Shown here in pieces: positions 12,165-22,753 of a stretch of 64,000 nt of DNA. Under the pieces are notes generated by a model. The model was not told where the DNA came from, ran no database searches, and saw only the letters and a program-made list of their open reading frames with translations. The stretch is from positions 25,419,899 through 25,483,898 of the forward strand of contig OZ316891.1 in the NCBI GenBank assembly GCA_973895155.1, in the 5' to 3' direction. The first letter of the stretch is position 1, and every line of letters begins with the position of its first letter. The translations under genes were made by a program, and so were the position numbers. The stretch comes from Marsupella aquatica (Eukaryota > Plantae > Marchantiophyta).

Positions 12165-13691
12165 TTAATCTGATCTCATGCCGACTATTATTTTGGAAGC
12201 GTCCAAAATTGGGCGCCTGTTAAATTGCTCTACTAGATATCTATCTCCATGCCTCTGAATCACAGGGTCTTCCCATAGAGTATGATTATAATCATAATCT
12301 CTAAAAATAGATTTAACTGACCAATCAGGATAATCTCTTCCATTGGCAATGACAAGTGGCTCACAAGAGTTTGCTAGCTTGCTAAGATACAGAATCAGCA
12401 AGTTAATCAGGAAACTGTCGTCGACCGACCCAAAATATTTGGGCGGAAATAATGATCCAACAACAGGATCTAAACAAGCATGAAATGCATCGGATTTGAT
12501 AAGCATTATATTTTGCTGCAAATACGCCTTTGTATAAATTCCAACCTTCTCAAAACACTTCAAAAATATCCGCTTATTTGATGTCACCCCATCGCATAAG
12601 TAACAATGAGACTGATCCCAAATATACTTAAATGAAGCCATTTCCATCGCAGTAAAAATAGATGCTAAAATCTGATCTAAAAGGTTCTTCCCAAGAGAGG
12701 ACCAGATCCCTACATCAAAATTCTCAAAACAGAATCTCAAGAATTCGTGAAGATGAGGCCTTGGAAAAACGTATATATTCCCAATCCAAATTCCAATTGA
12801 GACCGCCATCTGTCGGGAATGCGGTGCAGTGTAACAGAGTAGATGCTCCACGTCTAAAACTATGAGCCCATTTTCTCTACTGCAATGAATCTCCTGTAGA
12901 GAAACACAAGAAGATGCATGAGCCCGTATGGATGTACTCACGCAAATGGTCGCGTCACATATTACAGAGACAACATCCTCTACACTCTGGCCATTGATAA
13001 GTGACGTCTGTTGAAGTGCTTGATAAGAACTTGATCCGCATGTCTCTACACGTACAGATGCTCCCATATATCCTCGTTCAGATCCCAATCGATCTCGATG
13101 TAGATTTCTAATCGACCAGATGGGATAATCGAACTTGTTAGCGAACGCAAGACAAAGCCTTGAATTTGATAGCTTTTGTAAATATGGAATGAGATCATCC
13201 CTCAAAAAGACATCATCCAACGATCCTTGAAACAACTTAGCGAACAATAATCCGCATACAGCTGTCTGGCATGTATGGGAAGGACAGGCATCAATCTGGA
13301 TTATATTCTCTGGTCGATAATCTTGAAACATATCACGTAGTCTCTCGATAGATTTGAAGACAACAGTCTTATAATTTTTCTTCACATAACCAAGATTCCA
13401 GCAATGATCCCGCGTGAACACATATATTAGCTGCAACAGGTTGGTGCTCGACAACACTTCTGAAAGTATCTGATAAACCAGTTTATCGTCGAGAATAGAC
13501 CAGACCATCACATCAAAATGATCATAACAGAATTTTATAAGATCATGAAGATGCGGCCTTGGAACGACACACAGAGATCCGATACGAATTCCGGGTGTCA
13601 ACTTGAGTTGAGGAGTATATTTTGAAACGGAGCACAGGAAGTTTTCCAGTCCTAAAACTAGAAGTTGACGCGACCTGCTCCACTTAGACAC
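12165..13691 (-). CDS. Element A cargo gene, last exon: two FCP1/NIF (HAD) phosphatase-like domains, catalytic DxDxT degenerate
   Basis: Two copies of L(L/I)VL..E.(F/L)LC...PRPHLH..(I/L).FC...FDV.(V/I)WS...W/F.(R/Q).HC...FK/LK...NI..I. Confidence 0.8.
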   Translation of the reverse strand: MSKWSRSRQLLVLGLENFLCSVSKYTPQLKLTPGIRIGSLCVVPRPHLHDLIKFCYDHFDVMVWSILDDKLVYQILSEVLSSTNLLQLIYVFTRDHCWNLGYVKKNYKTVVFKSIERLRDMFQDYRPENIIQIDACPSHTCQTAVCGLLFAKLFQGSLDDVFLRDDLIPYLQKLSNSRLCLAFANKFDYPIWSIRNLHRDRLGSERGYMGASVRVETCGSSSYQALQQTSLINGQSVEDVVSVICDATICVSTSIRAHASSCVSLQEIHCSRENGLIVLDVEHLLCYTAPHSRQMAVSIGIWIGNIYVFPRPHLHEFLRFCFENFDVGIWSSLGKNLLDQILASIFTAMEMASFKYIWDQSHCYLCDGVTSNKRIFLKCFEKVGIYTKAYLQQNIMLIKSDAFHACLDPVVGSLFPPKYFGSVDDSFLINLLILYLSKLANSCEPLVIANGRDYPDWSVKSIFRDYDYNHTLWEDPVIQRHGDRYLVEQFNRRPILDASKIIVGMRSD

Positions 13692-13822
13692 CTGTAAATG
13701 AACAATTTGATTCTCATATTATGCAATTGCAAACAACCATGCAACCGGGCGCGTCACTCCCAAAATATAAAGTTCAATTTCAATCAATTTATAAATAATA
13801 ATTGATAATAAACAATAAACGT

Positions 13823-14730
13823 TTACTTATTGGACTTATCCCGGGCTTCTATAGCATGGTCTTTTTTGGCAGATAAGTATTTCATAAATTCGTCAAACTT
13901 TTCTAAATGGTCTTTATTCCCCTGATTACGAATGATCACATTTCTTCTCCACAGATTCGTCTTATCAATATAATCTTTCTCAAGATTTTCTTGAGAGAAC
14001 GTTGGAATCCCATATCCACTAAGGAGCTCGCAGAATGTCAACTTGTCAATTGACATGTCGCATAGATATGGATATAGTTTCTTTCTAAAAAATAGGTCAT
14101 CATCAAGCCCAGAATATGCATCGGGATACAGCGATGAATAGAAGTCATTAAGGCTCGTCTTATATGCAGCATCATTGATAAGAATGACATTCTCGATGTT
14201 GTAATCTTTAATATCGGCGACAATGTTGGAGAGACATTTGACAAATAAGGGGATGTCATTATTATTCTTCCCAATAAGTCGAGTTGATTCTTGTTCCCAT
14301 ATAAATTTAATACGTTTCAAAACTTCGGGTCGAAGTATCAGCCTTACACAAGATAGAATATTCTATTTGAACATGCACGACCAGATTGCAATGTCGTATA
14401 GATCTGCCACCTTCTCAAGAAATTCCATTAAATCAGGCCTTGGATAGATAACCTTGTGCATCTGTCTCACACCCCTTGACCAAATGGGCATCCCAGGGCT
14501 GATCTTCTCTGACCAGATAAGTACCCAATTCAGATAAAAAATTACAAGTCTCTTATGAACCGGTGACTTCTTTGTCGATGGATTAGGCGCCATCTGTACC
14601 TGTGATTTTTGTGCCGAAGGGTTTCAAGAACGTACTAGAATGGTCTGTTTGTTTCCCGCCTCCGGACGATCACCGGACTTCCAGACTAGTGCCTTTGATA
14701 CTCGATCAGGGGGTTTTGGGATAGGCTTTT
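13823..14730 (-). pseudogene. Element A cargo gene exon: third FCP1/NIF-like domain (in-frame stop)
   Basis: KRLVIFYLNWVL...YPRPDLMEFL...YDIAIWS...FIWEQ...FVKCL...ENVILINDAAYK (ORFs 14363-14593, 13823-14320). Confidence 0.75.
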
Positions 14731-14885
14731 GTAAAACATTAAGAAATGAAAATAAGTTTATAACACGAACGGTCGCGTGACTACAAAGAGAGACACTGAA
14801 ATGAAGTGTATTACCTATACAAGACGGTCGTTCAGTGCTGGAATTCCGCCGGAAATGTCAATCATAGCAGCACGGATCCCGGTAA

Positions 14886-15622
14886 CTAGGTTACTTGCGG
14901 ACGTCGGCTTGCGGACGTCGGCTTGCGGAAGTCCATGTCAAATAACGACAAAACTATCTCCCGACGGAATTTCTCAATTTGATCCGCGGCAAAATTAATT
15001 TTGTTTTCTTGACACAACCACTTGGCGTATCTCAAGATAAACACACCACAACTGTGGCCATCACTCTGGTGAGGAATATCATTCCGATATATCCGTTCCC
15101 AACCTGAGAGATCCAAGTTGACACCAGTTCTCCAGCCAATTTCATCGGCGTAGTACTTCCCAACAATATCTAGCACCCCAGGATTTTGTCGATTATGAAC
15201 TAGAGAATCTAGGTACTGGAGCCGTTTCTCCTTCGGATACACAACTACCAATGACCAATGTTCTTTCACAGCATTGTGTACTGGAAAGACCAGTTTGTCG
15301 TATTCACTGATTTTTAGCGGAAATTCCTTTGTCCAAGCTGCTCTCTCCTCATCAAAAATGGTAGGATCCATGGAGAGAAGCTCAAAATGGTGTGTTTGGA
15401 AGAATTTGACAAGGTCTGACTTTCCAACTCTATCGAGAATCAGTTCGAGAAACTCAAATAAGCGTTAATTATATCATCGGTGAGCAACTCGCGCGGTCTC
15501 AGACACATCATATGTTTCCTCTTGATCGAGTGTTGTAAGAACTTGGTCAATAGCTCTTCCATATCCTTAGAAGGATCAAGGCATTGATCTATTCGACTAG
15601 CCAAATTTTTAAAAAACTGCAA
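14886..15622 (-). pseudogene. Element A cargo gene exon: Ulp1/C48 SUMO-protease domain
   Basis: CLRPRELLTDDIINAYL ... PVHN..EHWSL ... YLDSL ... PHQSDGHSCGVF; His-Asp-Cys triad present; frameshift near 15440. Confidence 0.9.
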
Positions 15623-15878
15623 AAAACAAAGATTTCAGTACGCCTTCAAATAACGTACTGAGGTTGTAGCCTAAGGGTTCTACCTCAGAAAACAGAAACA
15701 ATAACAAATCAATAATAAAATAATGACGTTTATAATAGAAACTTTAAGCTTATAGCTTGCAAATGACCTTTGGATTGGGTGGATCTGGCCTTTTCGCAGT
15801 TGATCTCTTGGGTGCCTCAATCGCAACAACATCCTTCAGCCCTCCTCAAGACCGCAGTGATCGCTCCACCGGACCAGT

Positions 15879-17132
15879 TTACAAAGGTTGGAGCGATGAG
15901 GCGGGAAGACCTTCAAATGGTTGTGGCATTTGATTCAGATATTCCACAATCTGGGAATCCGATTCCAAAATATCCGGTGCCACAATTTCTGCGCAAGTGA
16001 CCTCTGCAATATATCGGGGTCGAGACCACAAACCCGGTTGCGTCAAGTCAGCTGTTAGTCTCTTAACGACTTGGGCCGAGTCTGGTGCCAAAGACGTTCC
16101 CAGGTCTTTCACTCGATTCTCGGAAAAGCGGACATTATTGATGATTGTCTCCATTCTGGATGCAGTGGCAGTCTTCTCTTCGGTAATCAAAAGACCCTTG
16201 CAATATTGCAAAGCAAGGACTGCCTGGACTCGGAGCTGCTCCGATGAATATTTATTCCAATCATCCAATGAGACCGTACTTAAGGGTGGATCGTTAAATT
16301 CAAACTCCGGGCGAAGAAAATAGTCTAATATTTTTTTCTTTACTGCAATTGAGGGTGAAGAAGGCTTCTTCAAATTCAGCTTTATTTTTGGTAGACGTTG
16401 TGCCTCAAGAATAAGCAAAAGATCCTTGGCCCTCTTGGCCTCCTTCCTCGCTGCCTCCAGTCTTGCGGCTTCTTCTCTCTCCAGTCTTGCAGAATCGACC
16501 TTTTCCGCCTCCAACTTCTCCGCCTCCACCCTCTTCGGTCTTGCGGTCTCGTCCGCCATCCTCTCGACCAGCAGCCTCTCAACCGCCACACTCTCCACCT
16601 TGGCCCTATTTGCCTCTGTCACTAAGAGGACTCTCGCAGCCTCCGTTTTCTCAGCCTGGGCTTTCTCAGCCTCCGCGTTCTCAGCCTCTGCTTTCTCGGC
16701 CTTTGCTTCCTCCGCCTCCGCTTCCTCTGCCTGGGCTTTCTCCGCCTCCACTTTCTCCGCCTCCGCTTTCTCAGCCTAGGCTTTCTCAGCCTCCGCTTTC
16801 TCCGCCTCCGCTTTCTCAGCCTGGGCTTTCTCAGCCTGGGCTTTCTCAGCCTGGGCTTTCTTTGCCTTGGCTTTCTTTGCCTTGGCTTTCTTTGCCTCGG
16901 CTTTCTCAGCCTTGGTTTTCTTAGCCTGGGTTTTCTCAGCCAGGGCTTTCTCAGCCAGGGCTTTCTCAGCCAGGGCTTTCTCCGCCTCGGTTTTCTCCGC
17001 CTGGGCTTTCTCAGCCTGGCTTTCTCCGCCTATGCTTTCTCAGCCTGGGCTTTCTCAGCCTCCACTTTCTCCTTCTTCTTTGTGGCAGTTGCTTTTCTAG
17101 CTGCCGCCTTTTTCTTCTTAGCCTCCTTCTTT
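15879..17132 (-). pseudogene. Element A cargo gene exon: AEKA(Q/E) coiled-coil repeats
   Basis: 15-bp tandem repeats GCTTTCTCAGCCTGG (~16640-17070) encoding AEKAQ/AEKAE; continues from 30638 once the Gypsy is removed. Confidence 0.75.
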
Positions 17133-18481
17133 TGTGGTATGGGTGTCCCTGCAATTTTTTCTGGAAACTTGTTTATTTTTAGCATATCACAAGATTTACT
17201 TACACTTTAGACACCTTCCGGCCAACATTTACTTGTTCTGGACACTTATAGAAATATTTGACATCTCCGGCTTTCCTGACGATTCCTAGTGTACTTTGCC
17301 CGACGCTGTGACCAGCGCCCGTTTCTTTTACTCAAGACGCTGCGGAAGCGTCCAACCTCCTCATGACGCTTTTGGCAGTGCCCGACCGCCACCAAGACTC
17401 TATGAGGATTTCGACCGACGCTGTGGAAAGCGTCAGCTTCAACACACGACGCTGTGAGCAGCGTCCGTTGGTTTTACTTAAGACGCTTCTAGCAGCGTCC
17501 AGATTCTCCCGACGCTTCTAGCAGCGTCCGCTCAACACTTAGTTTTTGAAGTAGATTACTAGTAAAGTAGTATTCTACCACCCTTGTTGAAGTACTTATG
17601 CTGTGCTTCTCCCTTGTTTAGTTTTAAGCTTGGAAAGGCACGACTGTTCTTACCTCCTCCATTTTAGGATTCCAGCACTTATAAGACAGAGTAGAATGCT
17701 CATTTGAAGTAGAGAGAAATAGAGTTAATACTGTATTCAGAATTGAGTCTTCTGAATAGTTTTCTCCTCCTTCCATTGTAACAAGGCATGCTGTGAGTGT
17801 TTTGTATGGAAGTAAAGCTATATTGATTGAAGTTAAGATTGAATTCAAGAGATTCCTGTGGTGATTGAATTCAGTTGCAGATTTCTGAAACTCGTATTGA
17901 ATTCACTGCTAGGCTTGCTTGCAGAGTCGGGATTCGCTAGCCAATTCAAGAATAGTTAATGATAAATGAGAAGTAAATTCTGATTCTCAGAGTAGTTAGT
18001 ACTGTTGCTTTGATTCTGGAATATGGTTTAGAGTTTGACTGAATTGCGTATCGCTGATGTCAAACCATGTTGACGGCATTTTAAATCATATCATTCATTT
18101 GCAATCAGAAAGCTTCTGCTTCATCAGATTGAGAATTCCATTATCATTAACCTTTGTGTTTTGAAGAGTGAGATGGATGAATTATGAGATAGATTTCATG
18201 TCTATACTGAGCCCAAATCCTTTCTGAAGGAGTGGCAGTAGCTTGTAGTCTCTAAATCCTTACTCATTTCTTCTCTAATTCATAAATCAGAAGTTCAGTT
18301 ACTTTGTTGTTTGTTTATTCGATTTTTTTTATTGAGAAGTGAAGTCAACATAGAGCTCAAGACTCTAAATCACTCGGAGTGATAAAAGTTATACAATTCA
18401 TTCTGAAATCTGTTCTTAAAGGGATCGAAACCCTGGTTTTAGGTGAGGAGAGTCACTTTTGATACTTAGCACTATACGACA
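17133..18481 (+). repeat. Gypsy 5' LTR (1349 bp)
   Basis: Near-identical to 29250-30637 apart from a 39-bp indel. Confidence 0.96.
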
Positions 18482-18487
18482 TCTTTT

Positions 18488-18505
18488 TGGCGCCGCTGCC
18501 GGGGA
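18488..18505 (+). promoter_or_regulatory. Primer-binding site (tRNA-Asp type, as in Athila)
   Basis: TGGCGCCGCTGCCGGGGA just after the 5' LTR. Confidence 0.85.
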
Positions 18506-19699
18506 ACGAATTTAAGATTGAATTGACGTACAGGCAGTGTATGCCAGAAGGAGCTAGACGGGAGAGGAATTCACGTTCTACTATAATTGTGAAGATGCGT
18601 CATCACTCTAGTTAAAAAGATGAAGAGCTTCCATTTCGAGGTGATGCCGTACTCTATCCAAAGCGCCCCGGAAGCTCTCTTAAGAGTATTGGAAAAATTT
18701 GTGGTGCCAAACTTAAGAGAAGAAACCGCCCTCCCACCAGAAAAGGCCTCACAGAGAGGAGCTGTTGCTCGTCAAGTTGCTTTGGAGATAGTCGAAGACA
18801 CCAAAGACACTTTGAGTGACAAGTGAAGTTATTCTAACGTTGCTCGGGACGTATGATTTGTAAAATTGTCCAACCATCCTGGTTCGTGTGACCGATGCCA
18901 CCTATCCGATCTTTGGGAACATTAAGAATTAGGAATTTGAGGAATCGTTATGTTAATTCTTGGGTTCTGAGCCTGAGAGGGAGGAATGGCATACATTGGT
19001 TAACTATCACCTGGTGGGAAGATGAAAGTTTGCATTTAGTAATATTAAGGCTGAATGGTAGGATCACACAGGAGTGATATTTAGTCATTTCCATTCGGGA
19101 GTTAGCGGAAAGAATCATGCACCAGGAATTGCGTAGAAGATTAGGAAGGAGTTAGACGTCTGATTAGTAGGATGGCCTAGTGTAGCGTACCATGTGGTAA
19201 AGAAATTTCAGGGTGAAGGAAGTCGGAGATTATGGGGAACGCCCGGTTCCAGTAATCGCCACCGTAAAGGAGATAAGGAAGGACGCCGCGAAGAGCGTCC
19301 AATGCGATTCGTCCCAGAAGATTCCGCAAGTCAGGACGCTTCGAGTAGCGTCCGATCCCAGTGGACGCTGTGAGCAGCGTCCGGTGGAATCTGTGACGAA
19401 CCAACGTGCGCGACGCTTCTGGTGTGCCTTTCCGCGTCTCAACCTGAAGGACGCACCAGAGAAAACGAGGTTTTAGAATCTCGGCTGGTCACTGAAGGGA
19501 AGTATTAGCTACGGGATAGCAAGGGGGAGGAATCATGCAAGGGATGTTGAACGACACTACGGGAAGTCACTTTGAGGAAGCAGGTTCATATCTCCCGGAG
19601 TGGGGTGATAACGTCGCACCTAAATGGTGACTCCTTGCATAAAGACTCCTGAGGAGCGGGTCTGGTGTCTCAAAATCACCCGTGCTTGGAGAATGAGGG

Positions 19700-22600
19700 A
19701 TGTCTGAGGGAGATCCACCGAATAAAAGAAAACCTACCAAGACCTCCAGTAATTCGGATGCTGCAAAATTAGTAGTGACCCCTCGCACATTGTTACCCGA
19801 ATTCCAGTCACCAGGAGCACCTGCACCGGGTAGTGTGTGGAAACAAGTGGGATCTATTCAAGAGGCAAGTGGCTCTTTGGAAAGGCCCACGTCGACCCGA
19901 CCCCTGTTTGTAAATCTTCGTTCAGGTCCAAAACTTATTGGTTCTCAAAAGACCAAGCTCCGCCAGCAGACAGTACGTTCGGTGAACCAAATTGACTCTG
20001 GTGTGGATAGTACCACTGAGAGGGCCTTATCTCATACCGAAGGAAGAAATTTGGGTTTGCCCGAGAATACAGTTGCAGAATCGCTGGCCCAAGATAATTC
20101 TGTCGATCTTTCACAATTGGATAATCCAGAACCACTGAGTGAAGCCGGTGGTTCGTCTTCTAGTGAGACAAGCAGCAGTTCAGGCTTGGGCAGCCCAAAC
20201 CCATTTGCTACCCGATCAGCTCTTCCTTTCGTTACCCTCCTAGCTCCAACCACGATGGCTCGAAATAATGTGAGGTACGACCGGTTCTTCGGTACTTCCA
20301 AGGAGGATGCAGAGGTGTATTTGAAAGAATTTGAAGCTGCAGCTGCATCCAATGGACAGAGTCAAGACGCTGAAAAAGCCAATCTGTTTGGTGGTCTAAT
20401 GAAAAAGGGTGCTCAGAAATGGTATGACCGTTTTCCGGACAAGCAGGATTGGGGGAAATTGAAGGCTGCTTTCTTGGCCAAATATAAAGAAGAAGGAGCA
20501 GCTGCGCGTGCCTTTGCCCGAATCTCACATCTGCACATGAAGAAACATGGGTCTGTGAGGAAATATGCCGACAAATTATTGGATTTGGTAGATCAATATA
20601 ATCCAGCTACCTCGAAATCTACTATCAAGGACTGGTTTATTAACGGTTTACCCTCCAGGATTGCTCGTTACGTGAGACGAGAAGGTGGCACCACTTTGGA
20701 AGAAGTACAAGAGGCAGCCCAGAAGTACGTAGACTCGGAGATTTCAGAGAGAAAACGAGTTAAGAAGGACCTGAAGAAAGACAAAAGAAAGAAGAAGAAA
20801 ATGTCCAGGTCTAAATCTGACTCGGAGACGGAATCAAGTGGAAGTAGCACTAGTAAGGAGGACGAGAGTACAAATTCGAGCACTAGTGATAGTTCAAGCT
20901 CAAGTTCCGACTCAGAATCCGTTGCTCCTAAAAAGAAGAAATCCTCTGTAAAAGGGAATAATAAAGTTCCCAACCAGAAGAAGATGGATCGCATGATGGA
21001 AGAACTCTCTGGCCAATTGTCCAAGTTGAATGTCAATATCGCCGCGGTAAAACCAGTACGAAGGTTGCCTGCTCCCATGAGAATGAACGTATGGTGCACC
21101 CGATGCAGTCAGCAGGGCCATTACCCGAACGAGTGCCCCACATTACGAACCCCGGTGAATTATGTAGATGGTCAAGAAGAGGCTGAGGAGTATGAGTACG
21201 ATCCCACGTATACCGTCCAAACAGCACCCCCTGGACAGTATTTCCCACCACCTCCTGCTTCCAGACCGACTTGGGGACCACCTAAGCCCACTTTCAATAA
21301 ACCAACGTCAAGACCACCCATGGGACCCCCGGGAGGATACCCACCACGAGGAATGCCGCGTCAAAAAGGGGCTTGTTGGAATTGTGGCCAACCTGATCAT
21401 TATTCACCCCAGTGCCCTTATCCCAAACAGGAGGTGGGGTATACACCTGTCTGTGGGAACTGTGGAAAAGAAGGACACTTACCGGTGGAATGCCCGAATC
21501 CGGCTAAGCCTAGGCTGATGGTTCGATTTGCTCAAGAGCCAGTTAAAGAAGCAAGTCGACCTGAAGCCAAGATTCGGATGGTTTATTCTGAAGAGATGGA
21601 GCAATGCAGCTTCATTCAACATATGGATGTAAATCGGGTGGAATTAAAGCCAGATTCACTTTTTCATCAACCAGTATCCGGGGTGGTGCCTGATGTCTTG
21701 GTAAGTCATTTAGTGAAACCTGAAGTAGTTGGTATGCCGAATGATCGAGTTCAGAATCGGGATAAAGTTCTGACTAATATTTACGCAACTACTCGTTCGA
21801 AGAAAAAGGAGACCAAGAAGCACGAGCATCAGAAGGTCGCGAAAGCTCCCAAGGATGAAGGGCGCAAGCCATGTAAGGAAGGCCTCGACAAAGAAGACGA
21901 CCCTGCTTATGACCGATATGACCCAAAATACTTCTTGCCCGACATCTCTTTGGAAGTGAAAGACCATCTGGAAGAGCTAGTTAAGGAGCAAGTGCAATCT
22001 CCTAACCCACCAGTAGTAGTCAAAGCTAAAGAGCCACTGAAAAATCCAGGTTATGATATTGTTGAAGATGTCAAGAATCATCCTGCACATATCACCATTG
22101 GGGAATTATTACAGGACAATCCGGTTTATAGGCGACAGCTGAGGAGCCTCCTTGCAGGAAAACGGAGGAAGAAGAAGTTACCTTCGGTGGATGTGCTACG
22201 AACAGAGTGGGAGGACAAAGGACCGATGGAAATTGAGGTTCAAATCCAGGGGTGTGTCATTCGGAGAGTTCCTGTGGATGGAGGAGCCAGCGTTAATCTG
22301 ATTACACAGTCAGCAGCATTTAATTTGGGTTTCACTAAGTTTGAGCCCACTCCCAAGATTTTGCGCATGGCGGATCAGTCTCGTGTGGTACCCATAGGGA
22401 AGCTGACCAGAGTAGAAACTTTGATTGCTGGTGTCCCTTTTCTGTTGGATTATGTGGTTATTAATCCGGAAATACCATCCAGCTTTCCTGTTTTGTTAGG
22501 CCGACCATGGTTGTATAAGGCTCAAGTTCAGGTTAATTGGCAATCTCAAGAGCTTTCATTTGGGAAGCCTAAGGTGACTGTTAGTTGGGTTCCGGAACCA

Positions 22601-22753
22601 CATTTTGGAGAAACACAAACAGATGATGGGTACACCTCGGATTTTTCGACCTCTTCGCTAGTCCTGCAGCCATTGGAATTTGAACTGGAGGAAGTTCGTT
22701 ACTTGGAAGTTTATCTGTCTGATGCTCCCATAAAACCAACTAGGCCCTCCTGA
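19700..22753 (+). CDS. gag: Gypsy Gag-protease
   Basis: Capsid-like region, three CCHC knuckles (CTRCSQQGHYPNEC, CWNCGQPDHYSPQC, CGNCGKEGHLPVEC), protease VDGGASVNL...LLGRPWL. Confidence 0.92.
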   Translation: MSEGDPPNKRKPTKTSSNSDAAKLVVTPRTLLPEFQSPGAPAPGSVWKQVGSIQEASGSLERPTSTRPLFVNLRSGPKLIGSQKTKLRQQTVRSVNQIDSGVDSTTERALSHTEGRNLGLPENTVAESLAQDNSVDLSQLDNPEPLSEAGGSSSSETSSSSGLGSPNPFATRSALPFVTLLAPTTMARNNVRYDRFFGTSKEDAEVYLKEFEAAAASNGQSQDAEKANLFGGLMKKGAQKWYDRFPDKQDWGKLKAAFLAKYKEEGAAARAFARISHLHMKKHGSVRKYADKLLDLVDQYNPATSKSTIKDWFINGLPSRIARYVRREGGTTLEEVQEAAQKYVDSEISERKRVKKDLKKDKRKKKKMSRSKSDSETESSGSSTSKEDESTNSSTSDSSSSSSDSESVAPKKKKSSVKGNNKVPNQKKMDRMMEELSGQLSKLNVNIAAVKPVRRLPAPMRMNVWCTRCSQQGHYPNECPTLRTPVNYVDGQEEAEEYEYDPTYTVQTAPPGQYFPPPPASRPTWGPPKPTFNKPTSRPPMGPPGGYPPRGMPRQKGACWNCGQPDHYSPQCPYPKQEVGYTPVCGNCGKEGHLPVECPNPAKPRLMVRFAQEPVKEASRPEAKIRMVYSEEMEQCSFIQHMDVNRVELKPDSLFHQPVSGVVPDVLVSHLVKPEVVGMPNDRVQNRDKVLTNIYATTRSKKKETKKHEHQKVAKAPKDEGRKPCKEGLDKEDDPAYDRYDPKYFLPDISLEVKDHLEELVKEQVQSPNPPVVVKAKEPLKNPGYDIVEDVKNHPAHITIGELLQDNPVYRRQLRSLLAGKRRKKKLPSVDVLRTEWEDKGPMEIEVQIQGCVIRRVPVDGGASVNLITQSAAFNLGFTKFEPTPKILRMADQSRVVPIGKLTRVETLIAGVPFLLDYVVINPEIPSSFPVLLGRPWLYKAQVQVNWQSQELSFGKPKVTVSWVPEPHFGETQTDDGYTSDFSTSSLVLQPLEFELEEVRYLEVYLSDAPIKPTRPS

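Noticed and set aside
17624-17848. 74-aa ORF duplicated at 29780-30004
   Set aside because: Incidental ORF within the two LTRs.
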